Shown here: positions 1-8,931 of the stretch, piece by piece
Layout: each line of letters begins with the position of its first letter
Position numbering within the stretch: position 1 is the first letter of the stretch
NCBI GenBank assembly: GCA_963702425.1
Contig: CAVPCQ010000037.1
Span: forward strand, 64,001 to 128,000
Length of the DNA stretch: 64,000 nucleotides
Reading direction: 5' to 3'
From: an uncultured Acidobacteriota bacterium
Lineage (GTDB): Bacteria > Acidobacteriota > Polarisedimenticolia > J045
Program-made: the position numbers and the translations under genes
Notes under the pieces: generated by a model
What the model was told of the DNA's origin: nothing
What the model saw: only the letters and a program-made list of their open reading frames with translations
Database searches by the model: none

Positions 1-2
1 TC

Positions 3-788
3 TGGGCCTGGCGGACCGGGCGGGTGCACCGCATCAAGCGCGACGTGACGCGGATGCTGACGCTGTTCCCGTTCGAGAAGGAGTTCTACGACCGGCACGG
101 GGTGCCGGCGACCTTCGTCGGGCACCCGGTAGCGGACGACGCGCCGCAGGAGGCCTCGGTCACGGAGGCCCGGCGGCGCCTCGGGCTCGACCGCGGGGCG
201 CCGGTCTTCGCGCTGCTGCCCGGCTCGCGCACCGGGGAGATCCGCCGACTGCTCGAACCGCTGCTCGAGACCGCGCGCGAGACGCTGAAAGCCGTCCCGT
301 CGGCCGCCTTCCTGATCCCGATCGCGCGCACCGTCGATGCCGCACTGCTCGAGGGGGCGGCGGCGCGCTCCGGGTTGCCGGTCGTCGCGCTGTCGAACTC
401 CTTCGACGCGATCGCCGAGGCCGCGGACGCCGCGGTCGCGGCGTCGGGGACCGCGGTGCTGGAGCTCGCCGTGCGCGGCGTGCCGGCGGTCGTCGTCTAC
501 CGCACGAACTGGACGACCTACGCGATCGGCCGGGTCGCGCTGAAGGTTCCCTACATCAGCCTGGTCAACCTGCTCTCCGGGCGCGCGGTGCTGCCGGAGC
601 TGATCCAGAACGACTTCACGCCGCAGGCGGCCGCGCGCGAACTGGTTGCGCTCGGCCTGCCCGGCCCGCGGCGCGACGCGGCGCTGGTCGGGCTGGCGGA
701 GGTGCGGGCGAAGCTCGGCGAACCGGGAGCGTACGGGCGCGCGGCCCGCGCACTGGTCGAGGTCCTGAACGCGAAGGAGCGGCGATGA
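3..788 (+). CDS. lpxB: Lipid-A-disaccharide synthase (5' end outside window)
   Basis: WAWR at window start, FPFE, FVGHP, LLPGSR, SGT and PELIQ motifs typical of LpxB. Confidence 0.95.
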   Translation, partial: WAWRTGRVHRIKRDVTRMLTLFPFEKEFYDRHGVPATFVGHPVADDAPQEASVTEARRRLGLDRGAPVFALLPGSRTGEIRRLLEPLLETARETLKAVPSAAFLIPIARTVDAALLEGAAARSGLPVVALSNSFDAIAEAADAAVAASGTAVLELAVRGVPAVVVYRTNWTTYAIGRVALKVPYISLVNLLSGRAVLPELIQNDFTPQAAARELVALGLPGPRRDAALVGLAEVRAKLGEPGAYGRAARALVEVLNAKERR

Positions 789-1669
789 TCCGCAGCATGA
801 CCGGTTACGGGCGCGGGCGCGCCAGCGGCGGCGAGGTGGCGATCCGGGTCGAGATCCGCTCGGTCAACAACCGCGGGCGCGAGGTGCGGGTCCGCTTACC
901 GAACGAACTGGTCGCGCTCGAGCCCGAGCTGCGGGGCGAGGTCCAGGAGCGGGTCGCGCGCGGGCGGGTCGACGTCTTCGTCGAATGGGAAGGCCCGGCC
1001 CCGGCCGGCCCGCGCTACGCGGTCAACGCCGCGCACGCGGCGGCGATGCTCGGGGCCTGGCGCGAACTCTCGGCCCGGCTCGCGCTGCCGGGCGAGCCGG
1101 GGGTAGGCGACATCCTGCGCCTGCCCGGCGTGGTCGAGCCGGTGCCGGGGACGGAGCTCGACCCGGCGCAGTTCCTGCCGCTGGCGCGCACGGCGCTGTC
1201 GGCCGCGCTGGCCGAGCACACGCGCTCCCGCGAGCGCGAGGGAGACGCGCTCGCCAGCGACCTGCGCGCGCGGGCGGAGTCGATCGTGCGACTCGTCGCC
1301 GAGGTCGAGGAGCGGGTGCCGGGGGCCGCGGCGCGCCAGGCGGAGGACCTTCGCGCCCGCGTCACCGAACTGCTCGGTGCGGTGCCGCTGGACGAGGCGC
1401 GGCTGGCGCAGGAGATCGCGCTGCTCGCTCAGCGGGCCGACGTGACCGAGGAGATCGTGCGCCTCGACGCGCACCTCTCGCGGCTGGCCGCGCTCTTCGG
1501 GCCGGAGGGCGCCGAGATCGGGCGCGCGCTCGAGTTCCTGGTGCAGGAGATCCGGCGCGAGGTCAGCACTCTCTCGGCCAAGTGCGGCGAACCCGAAATC
1601 GACGCCCGGACGCTGGCCATCAAGGCCGAGCTCGAACGGATCAAAGAGCAGTCGGCGAACCTCGAATGA
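785..1669 (+). CDS. yicC: YicC/YloC family endoribonuclease
   Basis: MIRSMTGYG N-terminus, EIRSVNNR, DVTEEIVRL, IKEQSANLE C-terminus; upstream of gmk. Confidence 0.93.
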   Translation: MIRSMTGYGRGRASGGEVAIRVEIRSVNNRGREVRVRLPNELVALEPELRGEVQERVARGRVDVFVEWEGPAPAGPRYAVNAAHAAAMLGAWRELSARLALPGEPGVGDILRLPGVVEPVPGTELDPAQFLPLARTALSAALAEHTRSREREGDALASDLRARAESIVRLVAEVEERVPGAAARQAEDLRARVTELLGAVPLDEARLAQEIALLAQRADVTEEIVRLDAHLSRLAALFGPEGAEIGRALEFLVQEIRREVSTLSAKCGEPEIDARTLAIKAELERIKEQSANLE

Positions 1670-2298
1670 ACGGCGCGCCGGGGACGCTCTTCGTGATCTG
1701 CGCCCCGTCGGGGGCGGGGAAGAGCACGCTCGTCGCGCGGCTGCTCGAGGCGATCCCCGGGCTCGCGTTCTCGGTCTCCTGGACGACCCGGCCGCCACGG
1801 CCCGGCGAGGTCGACGGCCGCGCGTATCGCTTCACCGACGAGGCGGGCTTCCGCGCCCGGATCGCCGCCGGCGAGTTCCTCGAGTGGGCCGAGGTCCACG
1901 GGCGGCTCTACGGCACGGCGCGGGCCGACGCCGACCAGGCGCTGGCCGCCGGGCGCGACCTGCTGCTCGACATCGACGTGCAGGGGGCCGAGCAGGTGCG
2001 GCGCTCCCGCCTGCCGTCGGTGTCGATCTTCATCCTGCCGCCCGACCGCGCGACGCTCGAGGCCCGGCTGCGCGGCCGGGGGACCGAGGACGAGGCCGCG
2101 CTGGCCCGGCGCCTCGGCAACGCGGCGCGCGAGATCGCGCGCTGGCCGGAGTTCGACTACCTCGTGGTGAACGACGAGCTGGAGCGGGCGGCGGCCGAAC
2201 TGACGGCGATCGTCGTCGCCGCGCGACGGGCCCGCAGCTCGATGGCGGAGCGGGCCGCCGCGATCGCGCGGACCTTCGGCGTGGAGGAACAGGGATGA
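1666..2298 (+). CDS. gmk: Guanylate kinase
   Basis: APSGAGKST P-loop, TTRPPRPGEVDG, FLEWAEVHG..YGT, DIDVQG; ATG overlaps yicC stop. Confidence 0.96.
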   Translation: MNGAPGTLFVICAPSGAGKSTLVARLLEAIPGLAFSVSWTTRPPRPGEVDGRAYRFTDEAGFRARIAAGEFLEWAEVHGRLYGTARADADQALAAGRDLLLDIDVQGAEQVRRSRLPSVSIFILPPDRATLEARLRGRGTEDEAALARRLGNAAREIARWPEFDYLVVNDELERAAAELTAIVVAARRARSSMAERAAAIARTFGVEEQG

Positions 2299-3497
2299 AC
2301 GGCGCCCCGCGGATCCTGCTCGGCGTGACCGGCGGCATCGCGGCCTACAAGGCGGCGGAGATCGTCCGCGCGCTGGTCAGGGAGGGGGCGGAGGTCCAGG
2401 TCGTCCTGACCCCGCGGGCCGAGGAGTTCGTGACGCCGCTGACGCTGGCGACGCTCTCCGGCCGCGCCGTGGCCCGGACCGAGTTCACGCCCGAGCCGTC
2501 GCCGACGATCGGCCACATCGAGCTGGCCCGCTGGGGGCACGCGCTGGTCGTCGCGCCCGCGACGGCGAACGAAATCGCGCGCTTCGCGCGCGGTCAGGCC
2601 GACGACCTGCTCACGACCGTCTACCTGGCGTTTGCCGGCCCGGTCGTCGTCGCCCCGGCGATGAACCCGAAGATGTGGGACCACCCCGAGACGCGCGAGA
2701 ACGTCGAGCGGCTCCGGGCGCGCGGCGTCGCGATCGTCGACCCCGAGGAGGGGTACATGGCGTGCGGCGACGAGGGGGCGGGGCGCCTCGCGACGCTGCA
2801 GAAGATCGTCGCCGAGGCGCTCTGGGCCGCGCGCCGCTCGTCGAGCCTGCTCGGCGTCAAGGTGCTGGTCAGCGCCGGCCCGACGCGCGAGCCGCTCGAC
2901 CCGGTGCGCTATCTGGGCAACCGCTCCTCCGGAAAGATGGGGTTCGCGATCGCCGCCGCCGCGGCGGCGCGCGGGGCCGAGGTCGTGCTGGTGGCGGGGC
3001 CCTCGCGGCTGGCGCCCCCCTTCGGCGCGCGGACGATCCCGGTGACGACGGCCGCCGAAATGCAGGCCGCGCTGGAACGCGAGGCGGCCGACGCGAAGGT
3101 GGTCGTGATGGCGGCGGCGGTGGCGGACCACCGGCCGGCCGACGAGGCGCCCCGGAAGCTCGAGCACAAGGGGGAGGCCTGGTCGCTGCCGCTGGTCCCG
3201 AACGCGGACATCCTGGCCGGGCTCGCGGCGCGCCGCCCCGCGGGTCAGCTGATCGTCGGCTTCGCCGCCGAGACGCACGACGCGCTCGCGCGCGGCCGGG
3301 CCAAGCGCGAGCGGAAAGGGTGCGACCTGCTGGTCGTCAACGACGTCACCGCGGAAGGGGCCGGCTTCGAGGGCGACACCAACGTCGTGACGCTGATCGG
3401 CCGCGACGGGGCCGCCGACGCGTGGCCCCGGATGAGCAAGCGGCTGGTCGCCGAGCGGCTGCTCGACCGGATCGAGGCGGAAAGGAAGTCGTCGTGA
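2295..3497 (+). CDS. coaBC: Phosphopantothenoylcysteine decarboxylase/ligase
   Basis: [48 protein letters not shown]. Confidence 0.96.
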   Translation: MNGAPRILLGVTGGIAAYKAAEIVRALVREGAEVQVVLTPRAEEFVTPLTLATLSGRAVARTEFTPEPSPTIGHIELARWGHALVVAPATANEIARFARGQADDLLTTVYLAFAGPVVVAPAMNPKMWDHPETRENVERLRARGVAIVDPEEGYMACGDEGAGRLATLQKIVAEALWAARRSSSLLGVKVLVSAGPTREPLDPVRYLGNRSSGKMGFAIAAAAAARGAEVVLVAGPSRLAPPFGARTIPVTTAAEMQAALEREAADAKVVVMAAAVADHRPADEAPRKLEHKGEAWSLPLVPNADILAGLAARRPAGQLIVGFAAETHDALARGRAKRERKGCDLLVVNDVTAEGAGFEGDTNVVTLIGRDGAADAWPRMSKRLVAERLLDRIEAERKSS

Positions 3498-4265
3498 CGG
3501 GCGATCCGCGCGAAGACGCCCTGCTGTGGGCGACCCTGTTCCGCGACCTCGGGGTCGAGGTGGTGCCCCCGGCTTCGCGCGCGGCCGCCGGGGCGGCCGT
3601 CGTCGCCGGCGAGACGAGGCGATCGGGCTACGCCGGGCAGGCCCGCGCGCGCCACCGACTTCGCGCTGCGCGACCTCGCGCTGGGCGGCGACGCGGCCGC
3701 GGCACTGGAGACGCTGCGGGTCGAAGTGATCGGCGACTGCCGGCGCTGCACGCTGTGCGAGGAGCGGACGAACGTCGTCTTCGGCGTCGGCAATCCGCGC
3801 GCGCGGCTGATGTTCGTCGGGGAGGGGCCCGGCGCCGACGAGGACGCGCAGGGCGAGCCGTTCGTCGGCCGCGCCGGCCAGCTGCTCGACCGGATCATCG
3901 TCGCGATGGGCCTGTCGCGGCCCGAGGTCTACATCGGCAACGTCGTGAAGTGCCGGCCGCCCGGCAACCGCACCCCGCTCCCCGAGGAAGCCGCGACCTG
4001 CCTGCCGTTCCTGCGCACGCAGATCGCGATCATCAAGCCGGAGGTGATCGTCGCGCTGGGCAAGACCGCGCTGGAAGGGCTGCTCGGCCCGCTCTCCGGC
4101 GGGATCACGGCGCTGCGCGGGCGGTGGTTCGAGACCCAGGGGATCCCGCTCAAGGCGACCTTCCACCCCGCGTACCTGCTCCGCAGTCCGGCGGCCAAGG
4201 CGCCGGTGTGGGAGGACATGAAGGACGTGCTGGGGCGGCTGGGGCTTCCGGTGCCGGCGCGCTGA
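3494..4265 (+). CDS. Family 4 uracil-DNA glycosylase with an apparent frameshift in the N-terminal linker (~3560-3650)
   Basis: [40 protein letters not shown]; the coupled GTG at 3494 is in a different frame from the catalytic ORF 3726-4265. Confidence 0.88.
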
Positions 4266-4365
4266 CATTCGGGCCGGCACGGAGGCCGGCCTCTACGGGC
4301 CAGCGGCGCGTTCCGTGCGGTCCGACGATCCCTGACGACCTCCGCGAGCGGGCCTTCGAGTTCTC

Positions 4366-5967
4366 CTAGGGAACGGGCCCTCCCCCCCGACGGGCGCTGA
4401 AGAGCGTACACAGGGCCAGGCAGGCGCCGATGCCCCAGGGAATCAGCTGCCCGTGACGCGCGTACCAGGTCTCGCGGTTGCCGCCGACGGAAACGCCGGC
4501 GCGCAGCGTGGTGATCGTCGACAGCTCACTCCTCGCTGTCATGCGCCCGGACGAGTCGGTCACCGAGCAGATCCCGCTGTTCGCCGCGCGCACGACCGGA
4601 ATCTCGAGCGAGCGGGCGAACGACGCGACCATTCCGGCGTGCCACGCGGGGAAGATGCTCCGGCCCCACCAGGCATCGTTGGTGATGACGGCGAGGACGT
4701 TCGCTCCCGCATTGGCGTACGCCCTGCCAAGCTCGGGATACATGCCCTCGTAGCAGACCAGGACGCCGATCCGGGCATCGCCCACCCGGAACACGGTAGG
4801 CTCCGGCCCGCGCGAAAAATTACCGAGCAGGGTCAGGGGTGATCGGCGGCCCGGCTTGATCTCGCGCTTGGAAGGGTCCCAGCCCACGATCTCGGCGAAG
4901 GGGACGCCCTCGACGAAGGGCAGGAGCCGCTGCTTGCCGTACCACTTCTCGCTCATCCCCCCCCCGGGGAGGGCAAGTGCGGCGCCATTGTAGAGCGCGA
5001 TGATGCGCTCGCTCCGCACCTTGACGATTTCGCAGCCGTAGAGGATCGGCACGCCCGTCCTCGCCGCGAGCGCCTCGACCTCGGGATCCGACAACGGCTC
5101 GCCGTCCCGCCAGATCAGCGGCCCCGGTCGCGTCGTCTCCGGCCACAGCACGAGGTCGCTGTCCGCGGCCGCCTCGACCGTGAGGCGCTCGAGGCGCTGC
5201 CAGGTCGAAGGCCACTGGCTGCGATCGAGCTTGGCCTGGACCTCGATGAACGGCTGCACCATGCCGACGCGGAATCTCGCCTCCGACTGCGGCTGCTCCT
5301 CGCGGCGCAGGGCGTCCGTGAGCGGGATCGCCAACCAGACCGCGATCGCTGCGGCGAGCAGGGCGGCGGCGACCCGGTGCTCCCGCCGGCGTTCCCAGGC
5401 CTCGTCGAGGACGGCGCCGAGCGACCAGATCAGCAGCGACATGCCGTACGGGCCGGTCCAGGGCATCCACGACAACCAGGCCGGGTTGGTTCCAAAGGTG
5501 TACGCCAGCAGGTCGGCTGGGAAGGAGGCGTCGCTCGCGGTCTTCAGCATCTCCAGGAGCGGCCAGAGCAGCACGAGCCCGAGCCGGCGCGGGAGGCCGA
5601 AGCGGCGCTCGAGGAACAGTGCGCTCGTGAAGAGCGCGATCCAGTAGATGACGTAATACGCCACCGTCATGGGGTAGAGCGCGAAGGCGAGCCACGAGTA
5701 GCGCATCAGCACGAGCAGGAAGTGGGCCGCGATTCCCTGGTACGCGAGCGCGCCGATCGCTCCGAACGCCACGGCCTGCCGCATCGTCTGCATACCCCGC
5801 GCGCCGCGGAGGACGAGAAAGGCCGCGACCGGAAGGAGCGGAGCGAGTCCCGTCGGGATCCAGCAGGTTGCCAGCAGCGCGCCTCCCGCGGCGAGGGTCA
5901 GGGCGGATGCGCGCGGGAAGCTCTCGGCCGTTCCGGTGGGGCGGGTGGAGGCGTTCCCGCTACGCAC
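4366..5967 (-). CDS. lnt: Apolipoprotein N-acyltransferase
   Basis: N-terminal TM helices, LWPET, KQRLLPFVE, VCYEG, TNDAWWG, RAANSGIC; GTG at 5967 with GGAGG upstream. Confidence 0.92.
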   Translation of the reverse strand: MRSGNASTRPTGTAESFPRASALTLAAGGALLATCWIPTGLAPLLPVAAFLVLRGARGMQTMRQAVAFGAIGALAYQGIAAHFLLVLMRYSWLAFALYPMTVAYYVIYWIALFTSALFLERRFGLPRRLGLVLLWPLLEMLKTASDASFPADLLAYTFGTNPAWLSWMPWTGPYGMSLLIWSLGAVLDEAWERRREHRVAAALLAAAIAVWLAIPLTDALRREEQPQSEARFRVGMVQPFIEVQAKLDRSQWPSTWQRLERLTVEAAADSDLVLWPETTRPGPLIWRDGEPLSDPEVEALAARTGVPILYGCEIVKVRSERIIALYNGAALALPGGGMSEKWYGKQRLLPFVEGVPFAEIVGWDPSKREIKPGRRSPLTLLGNFSRGPEPTVFRVGDARIGVLVCYEGMYPELGRAYANAGANVLAVITNDAWWGRSIFPAWHAGMVASFARSLEIPVVRAANSGICSVTDSSGRMTARSELSTITTLRAGVSVGGNRETWYARHGQLIPWGIGACLALCTLFSARRGGGPVP

Positions 5968-6622
5968 GGCCGCCTCCCGGGGGAAGCGGCGGCTCGTCCC
6001 GTAGCGCATCGGGGCGCTGGGAGAGCCGGACGATGCTCTCCCGCAGGCGCGCGTTGAATGCCTCGACCTCCTCGCGGGGCGGAACGCCTTCCCGCGGCGA
6101 TCCGTCGAACCGGATTGGTTCCCCGACGTGGACCGAGACCTTCGTGGGCCGCGGGAAGACACCATCGCGCGGAAGGCTCTCCGCGTTGCCGCGCAGGCCG
6201 ACGGGGATCACGGGGACTCCGGATCGTGCCGCGATGCGGGCGATGCCCGGGCGAAACCGATGGATCCGGCCGTCGCGCGAGACCTCGCCCTCGGGAAAGA
6301 CCCCCACGACGGATCCCGCCTCCAGGTGGCGATGGACGGCGTCGAGGGTCGCATCGGGGCGTTTCGCCACCGGGATGGTCCCCCATGCGCGGAAGAACCA
6401 GTTCCAGACGGAGTTCCTGTAGTACCACGAATCCGTGATGAGGTAGCGGATCGGCCGGGGGAAGCACATGCCGATGAACCACGGATCGAGACGCGACGCG
6501 TGGTTCGCACAGACGAGCAGGGGGCCGTCCCGCGGAATCGTGGCCGTCTCGCCGGTCAGCTCGAGCCGCCAGTACGCTCCGAGCAGCGGCCCCAGCTGGC
6601 GGTTGACGACGTAGAGCCACAT
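5960..6622 (-). CDS. Lysophospholipid acyltransferase (PlsC family)
   Basis: NHASRLD (HxxxxD), FPEGEVS and PVIPV motifs. Confidence 0.9.
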   Translation of the reverse strand: MWLYVVNRQLGPLLGAYWRLELTGETATIPRDGPLLVCANHASRLDPWFIGMCFPRPIRYLITDSWYYRNSVWNWFFRAWGTIPVAKRPDATLDAVHRHLEAGSVVGVFPEGEVSRDGRIHRFRPGIARIAARSGVPVIPVGLRGNAESLPRDGVFPRPTKVSVHVGEPIRFDGSPREGVPPREEVEAFNARLRESIVRLSQRPDALRDEPPLPPGGGRA

Positions 6623-6860
6623 GCGCGCTTCGCTTTCCTTCGATGAGTGGAAACGGCTCGGTCACCGAGAGTGATCATCGCCCGGATCTCGCCGGTCGGC
6701 TGCAGCGTCGACGGCATGCAAGTCTACGGTTCTGCTCGAAGCCGATCAAGGAACCAAAGCAGTCGGCTCGACGCCCTGGTTCGTTCCGCGGCCGGCCACG
6801 ACAGGGTGGACGCCGCGCACTAGAATGCACCATCGCGCCCTGCGATCCGGAGCCCGTCCC

Positions 6861-8903
6861 ATGACCACGACCTCGTTCGACCGCGTCCGCTTCCAGGATC
6901 AGGTCCGCCAGGGAATCCCGTCCGCGTTGCCCGACCTGCCGCCGGACGAGCCGGGCGTCGACCACGCGCCCCCGCGGCGGCCCGAGCTGACCGCCTCCGA
7001 GCGCGCCCTGGCGCTCGCCAACGCACTGCGCTACGTCCCGCGCGCCTGGCACGTCGCGCTCGCGCCGGAGCTCGCGGAGGAGCTGCGCACCGACGGCCAC
7101 ATCACGATGCGCCGCTTCCGCCCCTCCTACCCGATGCGCGCCCGGCCGATCGACGACTACCCGGCACGCTCGCGGCAGGCCGCTGCGATCATGCTGATGA
7201 TCCAGAACAACCTCGATCCGCAGGTCGCCCAGTTCCCGCACGAGCTGGTGACCTACGGCGGAAACGGGGCGGTGTTCCAGAACTGGGCCCAGTACCTGCT
7301 GACGATGAGATACCTCTCCGAGATGAGCGACGAGCAGACGCTGGCCGTCTACTCGGGCCACCCGCTCGGGCTCTTTCCGTCGCACCCCGATGCGCCGCGC
7401 GTCGTGGTGACCAACGGGATGATGGTCCCGCACTACTCGACGCTGGCCGACTACGAACGGTTCAACGCGCTCGGCGTCACCTCCTACGGCCAGATGACGG
7501 CCGGCAGCTACATGTACATCGGCCCGCAGGGGATCGTGCACGGCACGGCGATCACGCTGCTCGGTGCGGGCCGGCTCTACCTCCATTCCGGCGAAGAGGG
7601 GCTGGCGGGCCGGGTCTTCGTCACCTCCGGTCTCGGCGGGATGAGCGGTGCACAGGCCAAGGCCGCGGTCATCGCGGGGGCGATCGGCGTGGTCGCCGAG
7701 GTCAACCCGGAGCCGCTCGCCAAGCGCCACCGCCAGGGCTGGCTGATGGAGGTCGAGACCGACCTCGACCAGCTGCTGCTCCGGATCGAGCGCGCCCGGA
7801 AGAACCGCGAGGCGGTCTCGATCGGCTACCTCGGCAACGTCGTCGACCTGTGGGAGCGGCTGGCGTCGGCCGGACTCGCCGTGGAGCTGGGCTCGGACCA
7901 GACTTCGCTCCATAACCCGTACGGCGGCGGCTACTACCCGGCCGGCCTCACCCTCGAGCAGTCGCGCGCGCTGATGAAGGACGACCCCGGCGCCTTCGCC
8001 GAGGCGGTCCACGCCTCGCTGCGCCGGCAGGTCGACGCGATCAACCGGATGGCGGAGCGCGGCACCTTCTTCTGGGACTACGGCAACGCCTTCCTGATCA
8101 CCGCGCGCCGCGCCGGGGCGGCGATCGACCGGCCCGACGGCTCGTTCCGCTACCCGTCGTACGTCGAAGACATCATGGGGCCGTTCTACTTCGACTACGG
8201 TTTCGGGCCATTCCGCTGGGTCTGCGCCTCGGGGCGCCCCGAGGACCTCGCACTGACCGACGCGATCGCGGCCGAGGTGCTGGCGCACCAGGCGCAGCAC
8301 GCCGCGGCCGAGAACCGCCAGCAGGTGGAGGACAACTTCGCCTGGATCCGGCAGGCCGCGCAGAACCGGCTCGTCGTCGGCTCGCAGGCCCGGATCCTCT
8401 ACGCCGACCGCGCCGGGCGCGTGGCGATCGCGCTGGCCTTCAACGCTGCGATCGAGAAGGGGCGCCTGGCCGGGCCGGTCGTGCTCGGGCGCGACCACCA
8501 CGACGTCTCGGGGACCGACTCGCCGTGGCGCGAAACCGCGAACATCCGGGACGGCTCGCGCTTCACGGCCGACATGGCGGTGCAGAACTTCGCCGGCGAT
8601 TCCTTCCGCGGTGCGACCTGGGTCAGCCTGCACAACGGCGGCGGCGTCGGCTGGGGCGAGGTGATCAACGGCGGCTTCGGGCTGCTGCTCGACGGCACCG
8701 CCGACGCCGCGCGGCGCGCCGCGTCGATGCTCTCGTGGGACGTGACGAACGGGGTCGCCCGCCGCGCCTGGGCCCGCAACGACGGCGCGCTTTTCGCGAT
8801 CCGCGAGGCAATGGAGGCCGACCCGCGGCTGGCGGTCACACTGCCCGAGATCGCCGCGCCGGAGTTGGTTGCGGACGCGCTGCGCGGCGCGGGACTGCTC
8901 TAG
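6861..8903 (+). CDS. hutU: Urocanate hydratase (long ~680-aa type)
   Basis: PHELVTYGGNG, YGQMTAGSYMYIGPQGIVHGT, GLGGMSGAQ, GRDHHDVSGTDSP, HNGGGVGWG. Confidence 0.96.
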   Translation: MTTTSFDRVRFQDQVRQGIPSALPDLPPDEPGVDHAPPRRPELTASERALALANALRYVPRAWHVALAPELAEELRTDGHITMRRFRPSYPMRARPIDDYPARSRQAAAIMLMIQNNLDPQVAQFPHELVTYGGNGAVFQNWAQYLLTMRYLSEMSDEQTLAVYSGHPLGLFPSHPDAPRVVVTNGMMVPHYSTLADYERFNALGVTSYGQMTAGSYMYIGPQGIVHGTAITLLGAGRLYLHSGEEGLAGRVFVTSGLGGMSGAQAKAAVIAGAIGVVAEVNPEPLAKRHRQGWLMEVETDLDQLLLRIERARKNREAVSIGYLGNVVDLWERLASAGLAVELGSDQTSLHNPYGGGYYPAGLTLEQSRALMKDDPGAFAEAVHASLRRQVDAINRMAERGTFFWDYGNAFLITARRAGAAIDRPDGSFRYPSYVEDIMGPFYFDYGFGPFRWVCASGRPEDLALTDAIAAEVLAHQAQHAAAENRQQVEDNFAWIRQAAQNRLVVGSQARILYADRAGRVAIALAFNAAIEKGRLAGPVVLGRDHHDVSGTDSPWRETANIRDGSRFTADMAVQNFAGDSFRGATWVSLHNGGGVGWGEVINGGFGLLLDGTADAARRAASMLSWDVTNGVARRAWARNDGALFAIREAMEADPRLAVTLPEIAAPELVADALRGAGLL

Positions 8904-8931
8904 CCCCGCGGTCGGTGCGGGCGGGGGCGCC

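Noticed and set aside
1666-2310. gmk and coaBC both start MNGAP, and rpoZ is absent between them
   Set aside because: A 15-bp similarity partly forced by the ATGA overlap; relocation of rpoZ is not unusual.
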